Part shown: positions 27,692 to 40,004 of the stretch, piece by piece
How positions within the stretch are numbered: position 1 is the stretch's first letter
How the letters are laid out: every line of letters begins with the position of its first letter
NCBI GenBank assembly: GCA_030457025.1
Contig: JAKDSA010000001.1
Location: 37,886-101,885, forward strand
DNA: 64,000 bases
Reading direction: 5' to 3'
DNA from: Brevibacterium sp.
GTDB lineage: Bacteria > Actinomycetota > Actinomycetes > Actinomycetales > Brevibacteriaceae
Made by a program: the position numbers and the translations under genes
The notes under the pieces: model-generated
Databases searched by the model: none
Seen by the model: only the letters and a program-made list of their open reading frames with translations
What the model was told of the DNA's origin: nothing

Positions 27692-30004
27692 GTGTCCGAT
27701 ATTGAAGAAAAACCACGTCCTGGTTTGCGCTTCCTGTGGCTGGCGATCGTCACTGCAATACTCCTGGCCGTCATCGGCGGCGGTGTCGTGTGGTCCGATG
27801 CCACAACCACTCCGAAGCTCGCCTTGGACCTCGAGGGCGGAACATCGATCATCCTCGAGCCTCAGGTTTCGAAGGACACGGACGTCAGCAAGGAACAGCT
27901 CGATCAGGCTGTAGCGATCATTCGCCAGCGCGTGGACTCGACCGGTGTGTCCGAAGCCGAGATCACCACTCAGGGTGATCGCAACATCATCGTGAACCTG
28001 CCGGGCAACCCAGACGAGGAAACGCGGAACCTGGTTCGCTCGTCTGCGCAGCTCGTCTTCCGGCGGGTCGCCCTCGTCGGCGACCCGCGGTCTCAGGAAC
28101 AGATCCAAAAGGAACAGGAGAAGAGCGGCGGGGAAAAGCAGCAAGACCCTTCCGAAGGACTCACCGATGAGCAGAAGAAGCGCCTCGAGGATCTGACCGG
28201 GGGCAGCGGCGGAGGCCAGGGCCAGGACACAGCACCTGCAGGCGGCGGCGACGTCGCCAATGCAGGCGGAAGCGTTCCTGGACCAGCAGGTAAGGACGCT
28301 GAGAATTCCGGCGAGAAGAGCGGGGACCAGGCATCCGGAGAAGAAGGTTCCGGCAACGGCGAAGACACGAAGGTCACGGACACGACACCGCGGCCACTCT
28401 TCGATCCCGAGAAGGACACCGACAAGTGGCAAACCGATGCCATCATCAAGAAGTACACGGAACTGGACTGCACCGATCCGAAGAACCGGACAGGTGGACA
28501 GCAGAAGCCGTCCGATGAACCCGTTGTCTCCTGCGGCAAGGACGGAGAAGCGAAGTACATTCTCGGTCCGGTTGAACTCTCGGGTGAGCATCTCGCAGAC
28601 GCCAGCGCCGGATATGCGGCGGGTGCCAATGGAGTCCAGACCAACCAGCCTGCAGTGAATCTCGAGTTCGACAGTGTCGGGCGTGAAATCTTCAAGCAGA
28701 TCACTTCGGACATCACAGGCAAGCAGCAGCCGTACAACCAGTTCGCCATCACGCTTGATGGAAACGTGCTTTCGGCACCGTCCTCGAATGCTGCGATCAC
28801 TGACGGCAACGCTCAGATCACGGGTAACTTCACTCTCGACGAAGCGCAGACTCTGGCCGATCAGCTCAAGAACGGCTCTCTGCCATTGAGTTTCCAGGTG
28901 CAGAGCGAAAACCAGATCTCACCGACGCTGGGCACGAACTACCTCAACATCGGTCTGCTCACCGGTCTCGTCGGGCTGATCCTCGTCGTCATCTACTCGC
29001 TTCTGCAATACAGGGTCCTCGGCCTCGTCACGGTCTCGAGCCTCGTTGTCGCTGGTGTGCTCACATACCTCCTTCTGCTCTTGGCGTCATGGAGGTACGG
29101 CTATCGACTGTCCCTGGCAGGTGTCGCCGGGATCATCATCGGCATCGGCATGGCAGCCGACTCGTTCATCGTCTACTTCGAACGCGTCAGAGACGAATTG
29201 CGCAGCGGCAGAAAACTGCTGTCCGCTGTCGAAGTCGGTTGGGATCGTGCCAAGCGCACCATCTGGGCGTCCAAGGCAGTCAACATGCTCGCTGCGGTCA
29301 TCCTCTACATCTTGGCCGTCGGGTCCGTGCGAGGATTCGCCTTCACGTTGGGCCTGACTGTGATCATCGACGTGCTCATCGTATTCCTGTTCACACACCC
29401 GATGCTGGAAGTGCTCGCGCGAACCAAGTTCTTTGGTCAGGGACATCCGATGTCCGGTATGGATCCACGACTGCTGGGCGTCAAGCCCGCTTCGTATCGT
29501 GGCGCGCTCAATCTCAGCCTCGATGACGACGAGAAGTCACCAGAGGCACGGCGGCGGGAGAAGGCGCGAACCCGGAAGGCAGGAATGTCCTCGACCGGCG
29601 AGGTGGATTCGGCCGAGCCCTCGACCGTTGAGTCTTCGTCTTCGACACACACGCCGTCAGAGTCGTCCGCAACATCCGCAGCAACGTCGTCCCTGTCGTC
29701 TGAGACTACGTCGCCCGGCCCGTCCCGTGGCACCACCACGACAGTCGATCGTTCGACGAAGGATCGACCGTCCGAGGGCGCTGAGCCCTCGGCTTCTGCA
29801 GAGTCCAGCGGTGGCTCGACGGAAGCAGACGATGGCGCAGAGACGAAGGCTTCGAAACCTGCCAAGGCTGAGAAGAAGGCGAAGAAGAAAGCCAAGTCCC
29901 CGACGGAGTCGGGCCGCACTGGCGGGACGATTGCAGAACGGAAGGCGGCTGCGAAGAAGGCCGCCGAAGATTCTGCCGACACGGGCAAGGAGGCAGACAA
30001 GTGA
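27692..30004 (+). CDS. secD: Protein translocase subunit SecD
   Basis: LALDLEGG, IIRQRVD, FAITLDG, GSLP, ADSFIVYFER, VRGFAFTL. Confidence 0.95.
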   Translation: MSDIEEKPRPGLRFLWLAIVTAILLAVIGGGVVWSDATTTPKLALDLEGGTSIILEPQVSKDTDVSKEQLDQAVAIIRQRVDSTGVSEAEITTQGDRNIIVNLPGNPDEETRNLVRSSAQLVFRRVALVGDPRSQEQIQKEQEKSGGEKQQDPSEGLTDEQKKRLEDLTGGSGGGQGQDTAPAGGGDVANAGGSVPGPAGKDAENSGEKSGDQASGEEGSGNGEDTKVTDTTPRPLFDPEKDTDKWQTDAIIKKYTELDCTDPKNRTGGQQKPSDEPVVSCGKDGEAKYILGPVELSGEHLADASAGYAAGANGVQTNQPAVNLEFDSVGREIFKQITSDITGKQQPYNQFAITLDGNVLSAPSSNAAITDGNAQITGNFTLDEAQTLADQLKNGSLPLSFQVQSENQISPTLGTNYLNIGLLTGLVGLILVVIYSLLQYRVLGLVTVSSLVVAGVLTYLLLLLASWRYGYRLSLAGVAGIIIGIGMAADSFIVYFERVRDELRSGRKLLSAVEVGWDRAKRTIWASKAVNMLAAVILYILAVGSVRGFAFTLGLTVIIDVLIVFLFTHPMLEVLARTKFFGQGHPMSGMDPRLLGVKPASYRGALNLSLDDDEKSPEARRREKARTRKAGMSSTGEVDSAEPSTVESSSSTHTPSESSATSAATSSLSSETTSPGPSRGTTTTVDRSTKDRPSEGAEPSASAESSGGSTEADDGAETKASKPAKAEKKAKKKAKSPTESGRTGGTIAERKAAAKKAAEDSADTGKEADK

Positions 30005-31017
30005 AACGGTTCTTTGCCTGGGGCAACCGGCTCCACAACGGTGAGTCATCCATTCCTTTCGTCGGAAAGGCCAAACTCTGGCTGACGATCACCGGTGTTC
30101 TGGTTCTTCTGTCACTGCTCGTGCCGCTCATCGCCGGTTTCAACTTCGGCATTGCGTTCAAGGGTGGGTCACAGTTCCAGATCGACCATGTTACGGACAC
30201 CGCGCCGCAGAAGGGTCAGGACCTCGTTGCCGATGTCGTCGGTGATGCCGAACCACGTCTGACTCCAACGGGCGACACCACTGTGAAGATCGAAACGAAC
30301 CAGCTCAGCGATGACGAGATGCAGGAAGTCCGTGACGCTCTCGTTGGCGGATACGATGTCAAGGCGGAAGATGTCACATCGACGTTCGTCGGTCCCGAAT
30401 GGGGCCAGGACGTCACCGAGAAGATGATTCGGGCTCTGGTGATCTTCGTCGGTATCGCGATGATCGTGATGGCGCTGTACTTCCGGACCTGGAAGATGTC
30501 GATGGCCGCGATCGTCGGACTGTTCGTCGTCATGATCGTGACGACGGGCATCTATTCCGCGACAGGCTTCGAGATCACGCCTGAGGCGGTGATCGGCTTC
30601 CTTACGGTCCTCAGCTTCTCGCTCTACGACACCGTGGTGGTCTTCGATAAGATCAGGGAGAACACGACTCGGTTCAAGGACAAACGCAACCTGAAGTTCT
30701 CCGAACTGGTCAACCTGGGCGTCAATCAGACAACAGTTCGCTCGATCAACACATCGGTCGTATCGGTGCTGCCGATCGCATCGATTCTGTTCATCGGTGT
30801 GTTCCTCCTGGGCGCCGGCACACTTGTCGACATCTCCCTGTCGCTGTTCATCGGTACGATTGTGGCAGCAGCTTCGACGCTGTTCGTCGCCAGCCCTCTC
30901 TACGCTGTTCTGCGGTCGAATGAACCTGCGGTCAAAGAGCAGGAAGAGGCTGTGCGTGAACTACGCTTGAAGAATGGAGCAGAAGATGCTCCACCGGTGA
31001 TTCACGCCGAGGTCTGA
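30001..31017 (+). CDS. secF: Protein translocase subunit SecF
   Basis: [35 protein letters not shown]. Confidence 0.95.
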   Translation: MKRFFAWGNRLHNGESSIPFVGKAKLWLTITGVLVLLSLLVPLIAGFNFGIAFKGGSQFQIDHVTDTAPQKGQDLVADVVGDAEPRLTPTGDTTVKIETNQLSDDEMQEVRDALVGGYDVKAEDVTSTFVGPEWGQDVTEKMIRALVIFVGIAMIVMALYFRTWKMSMAAIVGLFVVMIVTTGIYSATGFEITPEAVIGFLTVLSFSLYDTVVVFDKIRENTTRFKDKRNLKFSELVNLGVNQTTVRSINTSVVSVLPIASILFIGVFLLGAGTLVDISLSLFIGTIVAAASTLFVASPLYAVLRSNEPAVKEQEEAVRELRLKNGAEDAPPVIHAEV

Positions 31018-31033
31018 GCAGAAAGGGGATGTC

Positions 31034-33331
31034 ATGGCTTCTTCCGCCGATTCGCGCCGTCCGCGAGGCATCTCCCGCTTAGCCTGGTGGGCGGCCAGGG
31101 CACAGAACAACCCTGGCTACCCACGTGTTCTCGGCCCGATGATCAGGGCGCTGCAGTCCAACCATCCGAAGTCTGACATCGATCGCGTGGTCCGGGCCTA
31201 TGAGATCGCTGAGCAGGCTCATCGGGGTCAGACCCGGAAGTCGGGCGAGGACTACATCACACATCCCGTGGCAGTTGCCACGATCTTGGCCGAGATCGGC
31301 ATGCTGCCGGTCACGCTTGCGGCCGCGCTGCTCCATGACACTGTCGAAGACACCTCTTACTCGCTGAAGGAGCTGACAGACGAGTTCGGTCCCGAGGTCG
31401 CCGCGATGGTCGATGGGGTGACCAAGCTCGACAAGCTCACCTACGGCCAGGCCGCTCAGTCCGAGACCGTACGCAAGATGATCGTGGCGATGGCCAAGGA
31501 CATCCGCGTGCTCGTCATCAAACTCGCAGATCGTCTCCACAACGCCCGCACTTGGCGGTTCGTTCCCGCTTCGTCGAGTGCGAAGAAGGCTCGGGAGACC
31601 CTCGAGATCTATGCCCCTCTGGCTCACCGCCTGGGCATGAACACGATCAAGTGGGAACTTGAGGACCTGTCCTTCCAAGTCCTGCACCCCAAGGTGTATG
31701 ACGAAGTGGTGCGGCTCGTCGCCGACCGGGCTCCCGAGCGTGAGAAGTATTTGGCAACGGTCTCCAACGAGTTGCAAACGGAGCTTGTGCAGTCCAGTAT
31801 CGAAGCCGCGATCACCGGGCGACCGAAGCACTACTACTCGATCTATCAGAAGATGGTCGTGGGCGGACACGAATTCGCTGACATCTACGATCTTGTCGGA
31901 GTCCGCGTCCTCGTCGAGACCGTTCGCGAATGCTACGCCACGCTCGGCATCGTCCACGCCCGGTGGAATCCTGTGCCAGGTCGATTCAAAGACTATATTG
32001 CGATGCCGAAGTACAACATGTACCAGAGCCTGCATACGACGGTGATCGGACCGAACGGGAAACCTGTGGAGATCCAGATTCGTACCCATGAAATGGATCG
32101 CCGTGCCGAATTCGGTGTGGCCGCCCACTGGAAGTACAAGGATCGGCGCAATGCGTCGAAGGCTGTGACTTCGAATACCGCGCGTTCGGTCAAAGTCTCC
32201 GATGACGGTGAGGTCGATGACGCAGCATGGCTGCGGCAGCTGCTGGAATGGCAGCGCGAGGTCAGCGACCCCGATGAATTTCTGGACAACCTCCGCTATG
32301 AGGTGAATTCCAAAGAGGTCTACGTCTTCACTCCCAAGGGGGACGTGATGAGCCTGCCGGCAGGGGCGACGCCGGTCGACTTCTCCTATGCGGTCCACAC
32401 CGAGGTCGGGCACAAGACCATGGGCGCACGGGTCAACGGTCGCCTGGTCGCGCTCGACACCGAACTGAAGAACGGCGACTCCGTCGAGGTCTTCACCTCG
32501 AAGGATGAGAATGCCGGTCCCAGTCGCGACTGGTTGGGCTTCGTCAAGAGCCCACGTGCACGCAGCAAGATCCGGCAGTGGTTCTCCAAGGAGCGCCGCG
32601 AAGAAGCGATAGAGAACGGTCGTGAACAGTTGGCGCGTGCGATGCGTCGACATACCCTCTCGGCCTCGGCACTGATGAGCCAGGAAGCGCTGGGGGTCGT
32701 CGCGACCGAGTTGCATCTGCCCGATGTGACCGCGCTCTACGCCGCCATCGGCAATGGAGTGAGCTCGGCTGCCCATGTCGTTGATCTGCTGGCCAAAGAA
32801 GTCCGTGAGGAGGACGACGAGCCGGTTCTGCCGCCGTCGCCGCGCAATCGCACCGGTCAATCGTCCGGGCACCATTCCTCGGCCGGGGGAGTCACGGTCA
32901 GGGGCGTCGATGATGTTCTGGTGAAACTCGCCCGATGCTGCACACCGGTGCCAGGCGACGAGATCCTTGGATTCGTCACCCGCGGTTCGGGTGTGTCCGT
33001 GCACCGAGTTGACTGCCCCAACATCGCCTCCCTCGAAAGGGAGCCGGAGCGAATGGTCGACGTGTCCTGGGGTGAGAAGACCAGTGGAATCTACCTGGTC
33101 CAGATCCAGGTCGAGGCCCTGGACCGCTCTGGTCTGCTCTCGGACATCACGAAGGTCCTCACCGAGACCCACGTCAACATCCTGTCCGCCACAGTCGCCA
33201 CGTCCAGAGCCCGAGTCGCTCAGTCGAAGTTCGTCTTTGAGATGAGCGACGCCACCCATTTGGATACTGTGCTCTCAGCCGTTCGCAAGGTCGAAGGCGT
33301 CTTCGACGTCTACCGCATCGCCGGCGGCTGA
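31034..33331 (+). CDS. rel: Bifunctional (p)ppGpp synthetase/hydrolase Rel
   Basis: HD motif [35 protein letters not shown], CCxPxPGD and ACT regions. Confidence 0.97.
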   Translation: MASSADSRRPRGISRLAWWAARAQNNPGYPRVLGPMIRALQSNHPKSDIDRVVRAYEIAEQAHRGQTRKSGEDYITHPVAVATILAEIGMLPVTLAAALLHDTVEDTSYSLKELTDEFGPEVAAMVDGVTKLDKLTYGQAAQSETVRKMIVAMAKDIRVLVIKLADRLHNARTWRFVPASSSAKKARETLEIYAPLAHRLGMNTIKWELEDLSFQVLHPKVYDEVVRLVADRAPEREKYLATVSNELQTELVQSSIEAAITGRPKHYYSIYQKMVVGGHEFADIYDLVGVRVLVETVRECYATLGIVHARWNPVPGRFKDYIAMPKYNMYQSLHTTVIGPNGKPVEIQIRTHEMDRRAEFGVAAHWKYKDRRNASKAVTSNTARSVKVSDDGEVDDAAWLRQLLEWQREVSDPDEFLDNLRYEVNSKEVYVFTPKGDVMSLPAGATPVDFSYAVHTEVGHKTMGARVNGRLVALDTELKNGDSVEVFTSKDENAGPSRDWLGFVKSPRARSKIRQWFSKERREEAIENGREQLARAMRRHTLSASALMSQEALGVVATELHLPDVTALYAAIGNGVSSAAHVVDLLAKEVREEDDEPVLPPSPRNRTGQSSGHHSSAGGVTVRGVDDVLVKLARCCTPVPGDEILGFVTRGSGVSVHRVDCPNIASLEREPERMVDVSWGEKTSGIYLVQIQVEALDRSGLLSDITKVLTETHVNILSATVATSRARVAQSKFVFEMSDATHLDTVLSAVRKVEGVFDVYRIAGG

Positions 33332-33406
33332 GAGCGTCCGCGCGCTTCGAGAAGTTGTGCACCCACTTTCGTGCACGTTCATCGCCCGCGCTCAGTTCCG
33401 CAAAGT

Positions 33407-33442
33407 GTCACCGTCTGTCCCGAGGCGTCACCGTCTGTCCCG
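33407..33442 (-). repeat. 16-bp direct repeat echoing the stop of the AbiEi-like gene
   Basis: GTCACCGTCTGTCCCG at 33407-33422 and 33427-33442. Confidence 0.8.
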
Positions 33443-33988
33443 GTCTGACGCGGCACAGGCCCGCTCGAAGGCGGTTCGCATGTGTGCGACATAAGGTCGG
33501 CGAGAGACCTCTGCCAGATACAGCCGGAACCGGTGTCTGGCTCGGCCGGGAAGTTCGTCGATGAGATTCTTCACGGCTTGGGCCGAGCGTTCGTCGGGAC
33601 AGCGCAGGTGCGGCAGCAGCAGGTCGTAGAGCGTTCTTTCCGCAGTGGTGATGGGGTGATCGTTGATGAGCTCCCACTCGTCGGGGGCAATCGTGAGCTC
33701 GTGGACGACGATATCGCAACCGTCGACGTAGCGCCGTCTCGGATAGGTGATGAACGTCAGCGGACTCGGAGCCCTGCCAAGACCGCTGTGGACCCACCAG
33801 GCGATGTCGTGGGAGAGCACCAGGCGCGGTGGGATCTGCGCATGCAGGGCCGCCATTCGGTCCTCGGCGCTGAGAACAGCACCCTTGCGGATCCACGTGG
33901 ATTCGGTCAGCCGAGTCAGCAGACCATCCAGAGTCAGCTCAGTGAGGTGCTCGTGGCTGTAGTCGCGCAGATGAAACATCGCCTCCAT
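33428..33988 (-). CDS. AbiEi-like (type IV TA antitoxin C-terminal domain-like) protein
   Basis: VLSHDIAWWVH and PITTAERTLYDLL resemble AbiEi_C patterns; start ATG 33988 (alt 34024). Confidence 0.6.
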   Translation of the reverse strand: MEAMFHLRDYSHEHLTELTLDGLLTRLTESTWIRKGAVLSAEDRMAALHAQIPPRLVLSHDIAWWVHSGLGRAPSPLTFITYPRRRYVDGCDIVVHELTIAPDEWELINDHPITTAERTLYDLLLPHLRCPDERSAQAVKNLIDELPGRARHRFRLYLAEVSRRPYVAHMRTAFERACAASDRDRR

Positions 33989-34040
33989 ACAGCCACTATT
34001 GCGCTGTATGGAGGCGATGTTCAAGACCGAGGACTCAATC

Positions 34041-34081
34041 TGTGGATAAGCCTCGACTCATGTTCGACTGTTTGTGGACAG
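34041..34081 (-). promoter_or_regulatory. Two co-oriented DnaA boxes
   Basis: TTATCCACA (34041-34049, minus) and CTGTCCACA (34073-34081, minus), 32 bp apart. Confidence 0.55.
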
Positions 34082-34106
34082 GCTCAGTCCGGTATGACAG
34101 CCGTGA

Positions 34107-35459
34107 TCAGTTCAGCTCGGCAGCCGTCTGAGCCAACTGGTCACGCCACGCGCGACGCGCATCGAGTGCCTGCTGTGCCTCGGCGACGGCCTTCTCGTCA
34201 CCGCTGGACTTCGCCGTCTCGAACTTCTGCTCCAGCTCGGCGATCGAATCGTCGAGCTGGCTCAGCGCGCCGGACGTACGAGCCTTGGTCTCCGGGTTGC
34301 TGCGCTTCCACTCAGCATCCTCTGCGTCGGAGAGTGCGCGCTCGACCTCACGCAGCCCGTTCTCCATGCGAGACATATCGGCACGAGGCACCTTGCCGGC
34401 GGCCTCCCACTCGTCCTGAATGACGCGCAGTTCCTTCTTCGCCACCGAAATATCGCCGATCGGCAGCAGACCCTGCGCCCTGGCCAGGATTGCCTCCTTG
34501 ACCTCGAGGTTGCCCTTGTACTCCTCATCGACTGCCGCATTCTCTGCATCTCGAGCGGCGAAGAAGACGTCCTGGGCGGCACGGAAGCGAGCCCACAGGG
34601 CGTCATCGTCCTTGCGTGAGGCCCGGGGGGCCTTCTTCCACTGGTTCATGAGGTCTTTGTACTTCTGGGACACATTGCGGAAGTCGGTTGAGCCCGACAG
34701 TGACTCCGCCTCGACGACGAGTTTCTCTTTGATCCGCTTGCCCTCTGAATTCTGCTTGTCGAGTTCAGCGAAGAATTCCTTGCGCTTGTGTTCGAACGTG
34801 TTCCGAGCCTGCGAGAAGCGGCCCCACAGCTCTTGGTCCACGGCACGTGGCAGCCTGGGCCCGCTGCGCTGCATGTCCTTCCACTGGCCGAAGAGCTCAC
34901 GCAGACGTGCCCCGGACTGCTTCCACTGGATCTTCGCGGGATCACGTCTGGCCAGTGATTCCGCTTCAGCGACGATCTCTTCGCGTTCCTCAGCAGCTTC
35001 AAGCTTGGCGGCTTCTGCGCGTGCTGCCTGCTTCGATTCGGTGGCCTGTGCATCCGAGATCAGGGTGTCCAACGTGGCGGACAGGCCCTTGAGGTCGCCG
35101 ACGACGTTGGCGTCAGGCAGAGTCTTCTGCAGAGTCTTCGCAGCGGAGACCACCTCGCGACCTGGGGCACCAGCCGAGAGACGGTTGCGCAGAAGCGCCG
35201 CATTCTCGACGAGTTCGACGTGCCTCTTCGCGAAGTACTCCAAGGCATCTTCAGGACCGGCGTCGGGATACTGCCCGACCGCACGCTCGCCGTCAGCGGT
35301 GACGACGAAGACGTTGCCCTCTTGGTCAGCCCGACCATGTTCCATTGCGCGCCGGACTTCCGCATCATGATCAACGGTGGTTCCGGCCACCGTCTGGGCC
35401 GTCTGAGGGCGGGGCAGAGAGGACGGGCGCGGGACCGGCTTCGGGGTCGGGGTCGACAT
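34107..35459 (-). CDS. DUF349 domain-containing protein
   Basis: GRADQEGNVFV...GERAVGQY; repeated WK..GPR/LWARFRAA helical units; start ATG 35459. Confidence 0.9.
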   Translation of the reverse strand: MSTPTPKPVPRPSSLPRPQTAQTVAGTTVDHDAEVRRAMEHGRADQEGNVFVVTADGERAVGQYPDAGPEDALEYFAKRHVELVENAALLRNRLSAGAPGREVVSAAKTLQKTLPDANVVGDLKGLSATLDTLISDAQATESKQAARAEAAKLEAAEEREEIVAEAESLARRDPAKIQWKQSGARLRELFGQWKDMQRSGPRLPRAVDQELWGRFSQARNTFEHKRKEFFAELDKQNSEGKRIKEKLVVEAESLSGSTDFRNVSQKYKDLMNQWKKAPRASRKDDDALWARFRAAQDVFFAARDAENAAVDEEYKGNLEVKEAILARAQGLLPIGDISVAKKELRVIQDEWEAAGKVPRADMSRMENGLREVERALSDAEDAEWKRSNPETKARTSGALSQLDDSIAELEQKFETAKSSGDEKAVAEAQQALDARRAWRDQLAQTAAELN

Positions 35460-35578
35460 GATTCTCACCTTGTTTCCATCGGTCGAACCTGCGGGACTCT
35501 GTACCTGCAGATCACTCGATTTCCTGATTGACGTTATCCCAGCATAACCAAGCTCCAGGCTCTGGATAGACTTTGCGC

Positions 35579-36223
35579 ATGGATGTATTTGCGACCCGTG
35601 CCGAATTTCTCGAAGTCAACTGCTACGCCGTGCGTGCCGAGGGCCATGACGACGCCATATTCGTCGACTCGGGATTCGACTGCGCACCCGGCCTAGCTGA
35701 AATCGTTGAGGAGGAGCAGCTGGTGCCTCGCGCCGTATTCCTCACCCATGGTCACCCTGACCACATCCTCGGACTGACCAACGTCCTGGCCCGATGGGAA
35801 ATACCCGTCTACCTTGGTGCTCCCGACCGCTACCGCCTGGGCAAGCCTGCAGAGACCTTGAGCCCGCAGTTCGCTCAGATGCTCGAGCCCCTCGTCAAGG
35901 ACTGGTCGGCACCCGAGGTCAACGCCCTCCTCGACGCACAGACAGTGGAAATGTCCGGGCTCACCATCACAGCAGTGGCCGCGCCGGGACATACCGAAGG
36001 CTCGACGCTGCTGCGTGTACGAGCCGACGGTGAGGAGATCATCTTCACCGGCGATGTGGTCTTCGCCGGAGCGATCGGTCGGGTCGACCTCCCCGGAGGA
36101 GATGCCTCAGCGATGGCAGAATCACTGCAGACGTTCGCGACGCTGCCCGACGTTCCCATCTATCCTGGACACGGTCCAGGATCTCGAGTCGGGCACGAGC
36201 TGGCGACGAACCCGTTCTTCTAG
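35579..36223 (+). CDS. MBL-fold metallo-hydrolase (glyoxalase II-like)
   Basis: THGHPDH, PGHTEG, TGD, PGHG; TAGACT 6 nt before ATG 35579. Confidence 0.92.
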   Translation: MDVFATRAEFLEVNCYAVRAEGHDDAIFVDSGFDCAPGLAEIVEEEQLVPRAVFLTHGHPDHILGLTNVLARWEIPVYLGAPDRYRLGKPAETLSPQFAQMLEPLVKDWSAPEVNALLDAQTVEMSGLTITAVAAPGHTEGSTLLRVRADGEEIIFTGDVVFAGAIGRVDLPGGDASAMAESLQTFATLPDVPIYPGHGPGSRVGHELATNPFF

Positions 36224-36322
36224 AGACAAACCGTTAGAGACATTCCTGTTCAGCTCGGGCAGACCAACCGACCACAGGCAGCACCCCAACATCATCAGAG
36301 ACGAAGAGCACCAAGGAGAACA

Positions 36323-37657
36323 ATGGCGAAGTCAGCCCGACTGTCCGGATTCCCAGAACGGCTTCCAGCAGAACGTGTGATCGAGACGTCGATCATCGAC
36401 GTCCTCGCACACACCTTCGCACTGCATGGGTACTCCGCCCTCAACCACCGGGCAGTCGAGCCGATCTCTCAGCTGGCCAAGGACGGCGAGATCGACAAAG
36501 AGATCTTCGCCGTCAGCCGACTGCACTCCGAGGGCACAGAGCGCAACCCACTGGGGCTGCACTTCGACCTGACGGTGCCGTTGGCTCGGTTCATCGCCGA
36601 CAACGCGAACGACCTGAGCTTCCCGTTCAGAGCCGCTCGCATCCAACCGGTGTGGCGCGGGGAACGACCACAGCAGGGCCGGTACCGCGAATTCATCCAG
36701 GCCGATATCGACGTCATCGCCGAGGCCCAGCTGCCCGGACACTTCGAGGTCGAGATTCCGCTGGCCGTTGCCGATGCCTTCAGCCGGTTGGCTCCGTTGG
36801 GTGTGCCCGGGGTCAAGATCGTGGTCAACGACCGGAGACTGCTCGAAGGGTTCGCCCGTGGCATCGGGCTGACGAACATTCAGGCCGTTCTGCGCTGTCT
36901 CGACAAATACGACAAGATCGGCCCCGCCGAGGTGGGCAAGCTGTTGGCCGCCGAAGCCGGTGCTGATGAGGAACAGCAGCGGTTGTGCCTGGAACTGGCC
37001 GCGATCGAATCCGACTCGCCGGATTTCGCCGACGACGTGCGCGCACTCGGAATCGAGCACCCGCTGCTTGATGAGGGCCTCGAATCCCTGACGACGATGC
37101 TGCGCGCCGCCCACGACAGGGCCCCCGGCGTCGTCGTGGCGCAGCTGAAGATCGCGCGCGGCCTCGACTACTACACGGGAGCCGTCTACGAGACGCAGCT
37201 GATCGGGCATGAAGAACTGGGATCAGTGGCCTCAGGCGGTCGCTACGACTCGCTCGTCACAGTAGGGAAGAAGAGCTACCCCGGCGTCGGCATGTCGATC
37301 GGCGTCTCCCGGCTGATGGCATTCATCCTCGATCCTGACAGCGGCATCAAAGCCACCCGCGGAACCCCCTCAGCCGTCGTCGTCGCGGTGACCGATGAGG
37401 ACAAGCGCGACCAAGCCGATGCTGTGGCCGCCGCTCTGCGCGGCCGCGACATCGCATGCGAGGTCTCACCGAGTGCCGCGAAGTTCGGCAAGCAGATTCG
37501 CTACGCAGAACGCCGAGGGATCCCTTTCGTGTGGTTCACAGATGGTGAGAGTGGTCACGAAATCAAGGACATCCGCAGCGGTGACCAGACGCCTGCAGAC
37601 CCGGCGACCTGGGAACCCGTCGACGCCGACCGCAAACCACGGGTGTACAGAGACTGA
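36323..37657 (+). CDS. hisS: Histidine--tRNA ligase
   Basis: FDLTVPLAR, WRGERPQQGRYREF, RGLDYYTG, GGRYD. Confidence 0.97.
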   Translation: MAKSARLSGFPERLPAERVIETSIIDVLAHTFALHGYSALNHRAVEPISQLAKDGEIDKEIFAVSRLHSEGTERNPLGLHFDLTVPLARFIADNANDLSFPFRAARIQPVWRGERPQQGRYREFIQADIDVIAEAQLPGHFEVEIPLAVADAFSRLAPLGVPGVKIVVNDRRLLEGFARGIGLTNIQAVLRCLDKYDKIGPAEVGKLLAAEAGADEEQQRLCLELAAIESDSPDFADDVRALGIEHPLLDEGLESLTTMLRAAHDRAPGVVVAQLKIARGLDYYTGAVYETQLIGHEELGSVASGGRYDSLVTVGKKSYPGVGMSIGVSRLMAFILDPDSGIKATRGTPSAVVVAVTDEDKRDQADAVAAALRGRDIACEVSPSAAKFGKQIRYAERRGIPFVWFTDGESGHEIKDIRSGDQTPADPATWEPVDADRKPRVYRD

Positions 37658-37701
37658 GTCGGAGTCCAGGAGGTGAGCGCGCCCTTGGACCAAGCGTGCA
37701 G

Positions 37702-37730
37702 CCTGAGCCAGGGGCTGCCCCTGACTCAGG
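37702..37730. terminator. Hairpin between convergent hisS and ArsR gene
   Basis: CCTGAGCCAGGGG-CTG-CCCCTGACTCAGG, overlaps ArsR stop codon. Confidence 0.6.
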
Positions 37731-38100
37731 AGTCGACGGCGGGCGGATCCGGTGCCAGCGACCCGTCCGGGGCGATGTGATCGAAGATCTCACGCACCAT
37801 CGAAACCACATGCGGGTCGTCGACAGTGTAGAAGATCCGCCTCCCGTCACGGCGGGAGGAGATCAGGCCCGCCAGCCTCATCTTCGCCAGATGCTGACTC
37901 ACGGTGGGCACCGCCGCACCGATCGCCTCGGCGAGGGAAGAGACGTCGAGCTCCTGATTCACCAGCGTCCAGACCAGGCGCAGACGCGTGCCCGAGGCGA
38001 GCATGCGAAAGGTCTCTGCCGCCACCTCGACCTGCGCCGAGGTGGGGTCGGCTCCTGCATCGGAGTCGGGATCGCCTGTGCCCATGCCACCAGTGCTCAT
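37726..38100 (-). CDS. ArsR/SmtB family transcriptional regulator
   Basis: FRMLASGTRLRLV, VSQHLAKMRLAGLISSRRDGRRIFY; RBS GAGGA before ATG 38100. Confidence 0.9.
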   Translation of the reverse strand: MSTGGMGTGDPDSDAGADPTSAQVEVAAETFRMLASGTRLRLVWTLVNQELDVSSLAEAIGAAVPTVSQHLAKMRLAGLISSRRDGRRIFYTVDDPHVVSMVREIFDHIAPDGSLAPDPPAVDS

Positions 38101-38219
38101 GTCATCCTCTTCCTCATCGCCTGCGGCAGGTGACCTGCAGTGGGCCATGCCGGTAATCGGGTGGCGAGCGACTATCATTGTTCACGCGCTGCCACATAAA
38201 CATCGTAAAGGAGCCCTAG

Positions 38220-40003
<1,784 letters not shown>

Positions 40004-40004
<1 letters not shown>

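Noticed and set aside
31079-33259. 726-aa antisense ORF opposite rel
   Set aside because: Mirror of a conserved gene in high-GC DNA where antisense stop codons are scarce; no recognisable motifs
34052-34067. Possible LexA box between the DnaA boxes
   Set aside because: Only the GTTCGA half matches; the left half does not fit at the correct spacing
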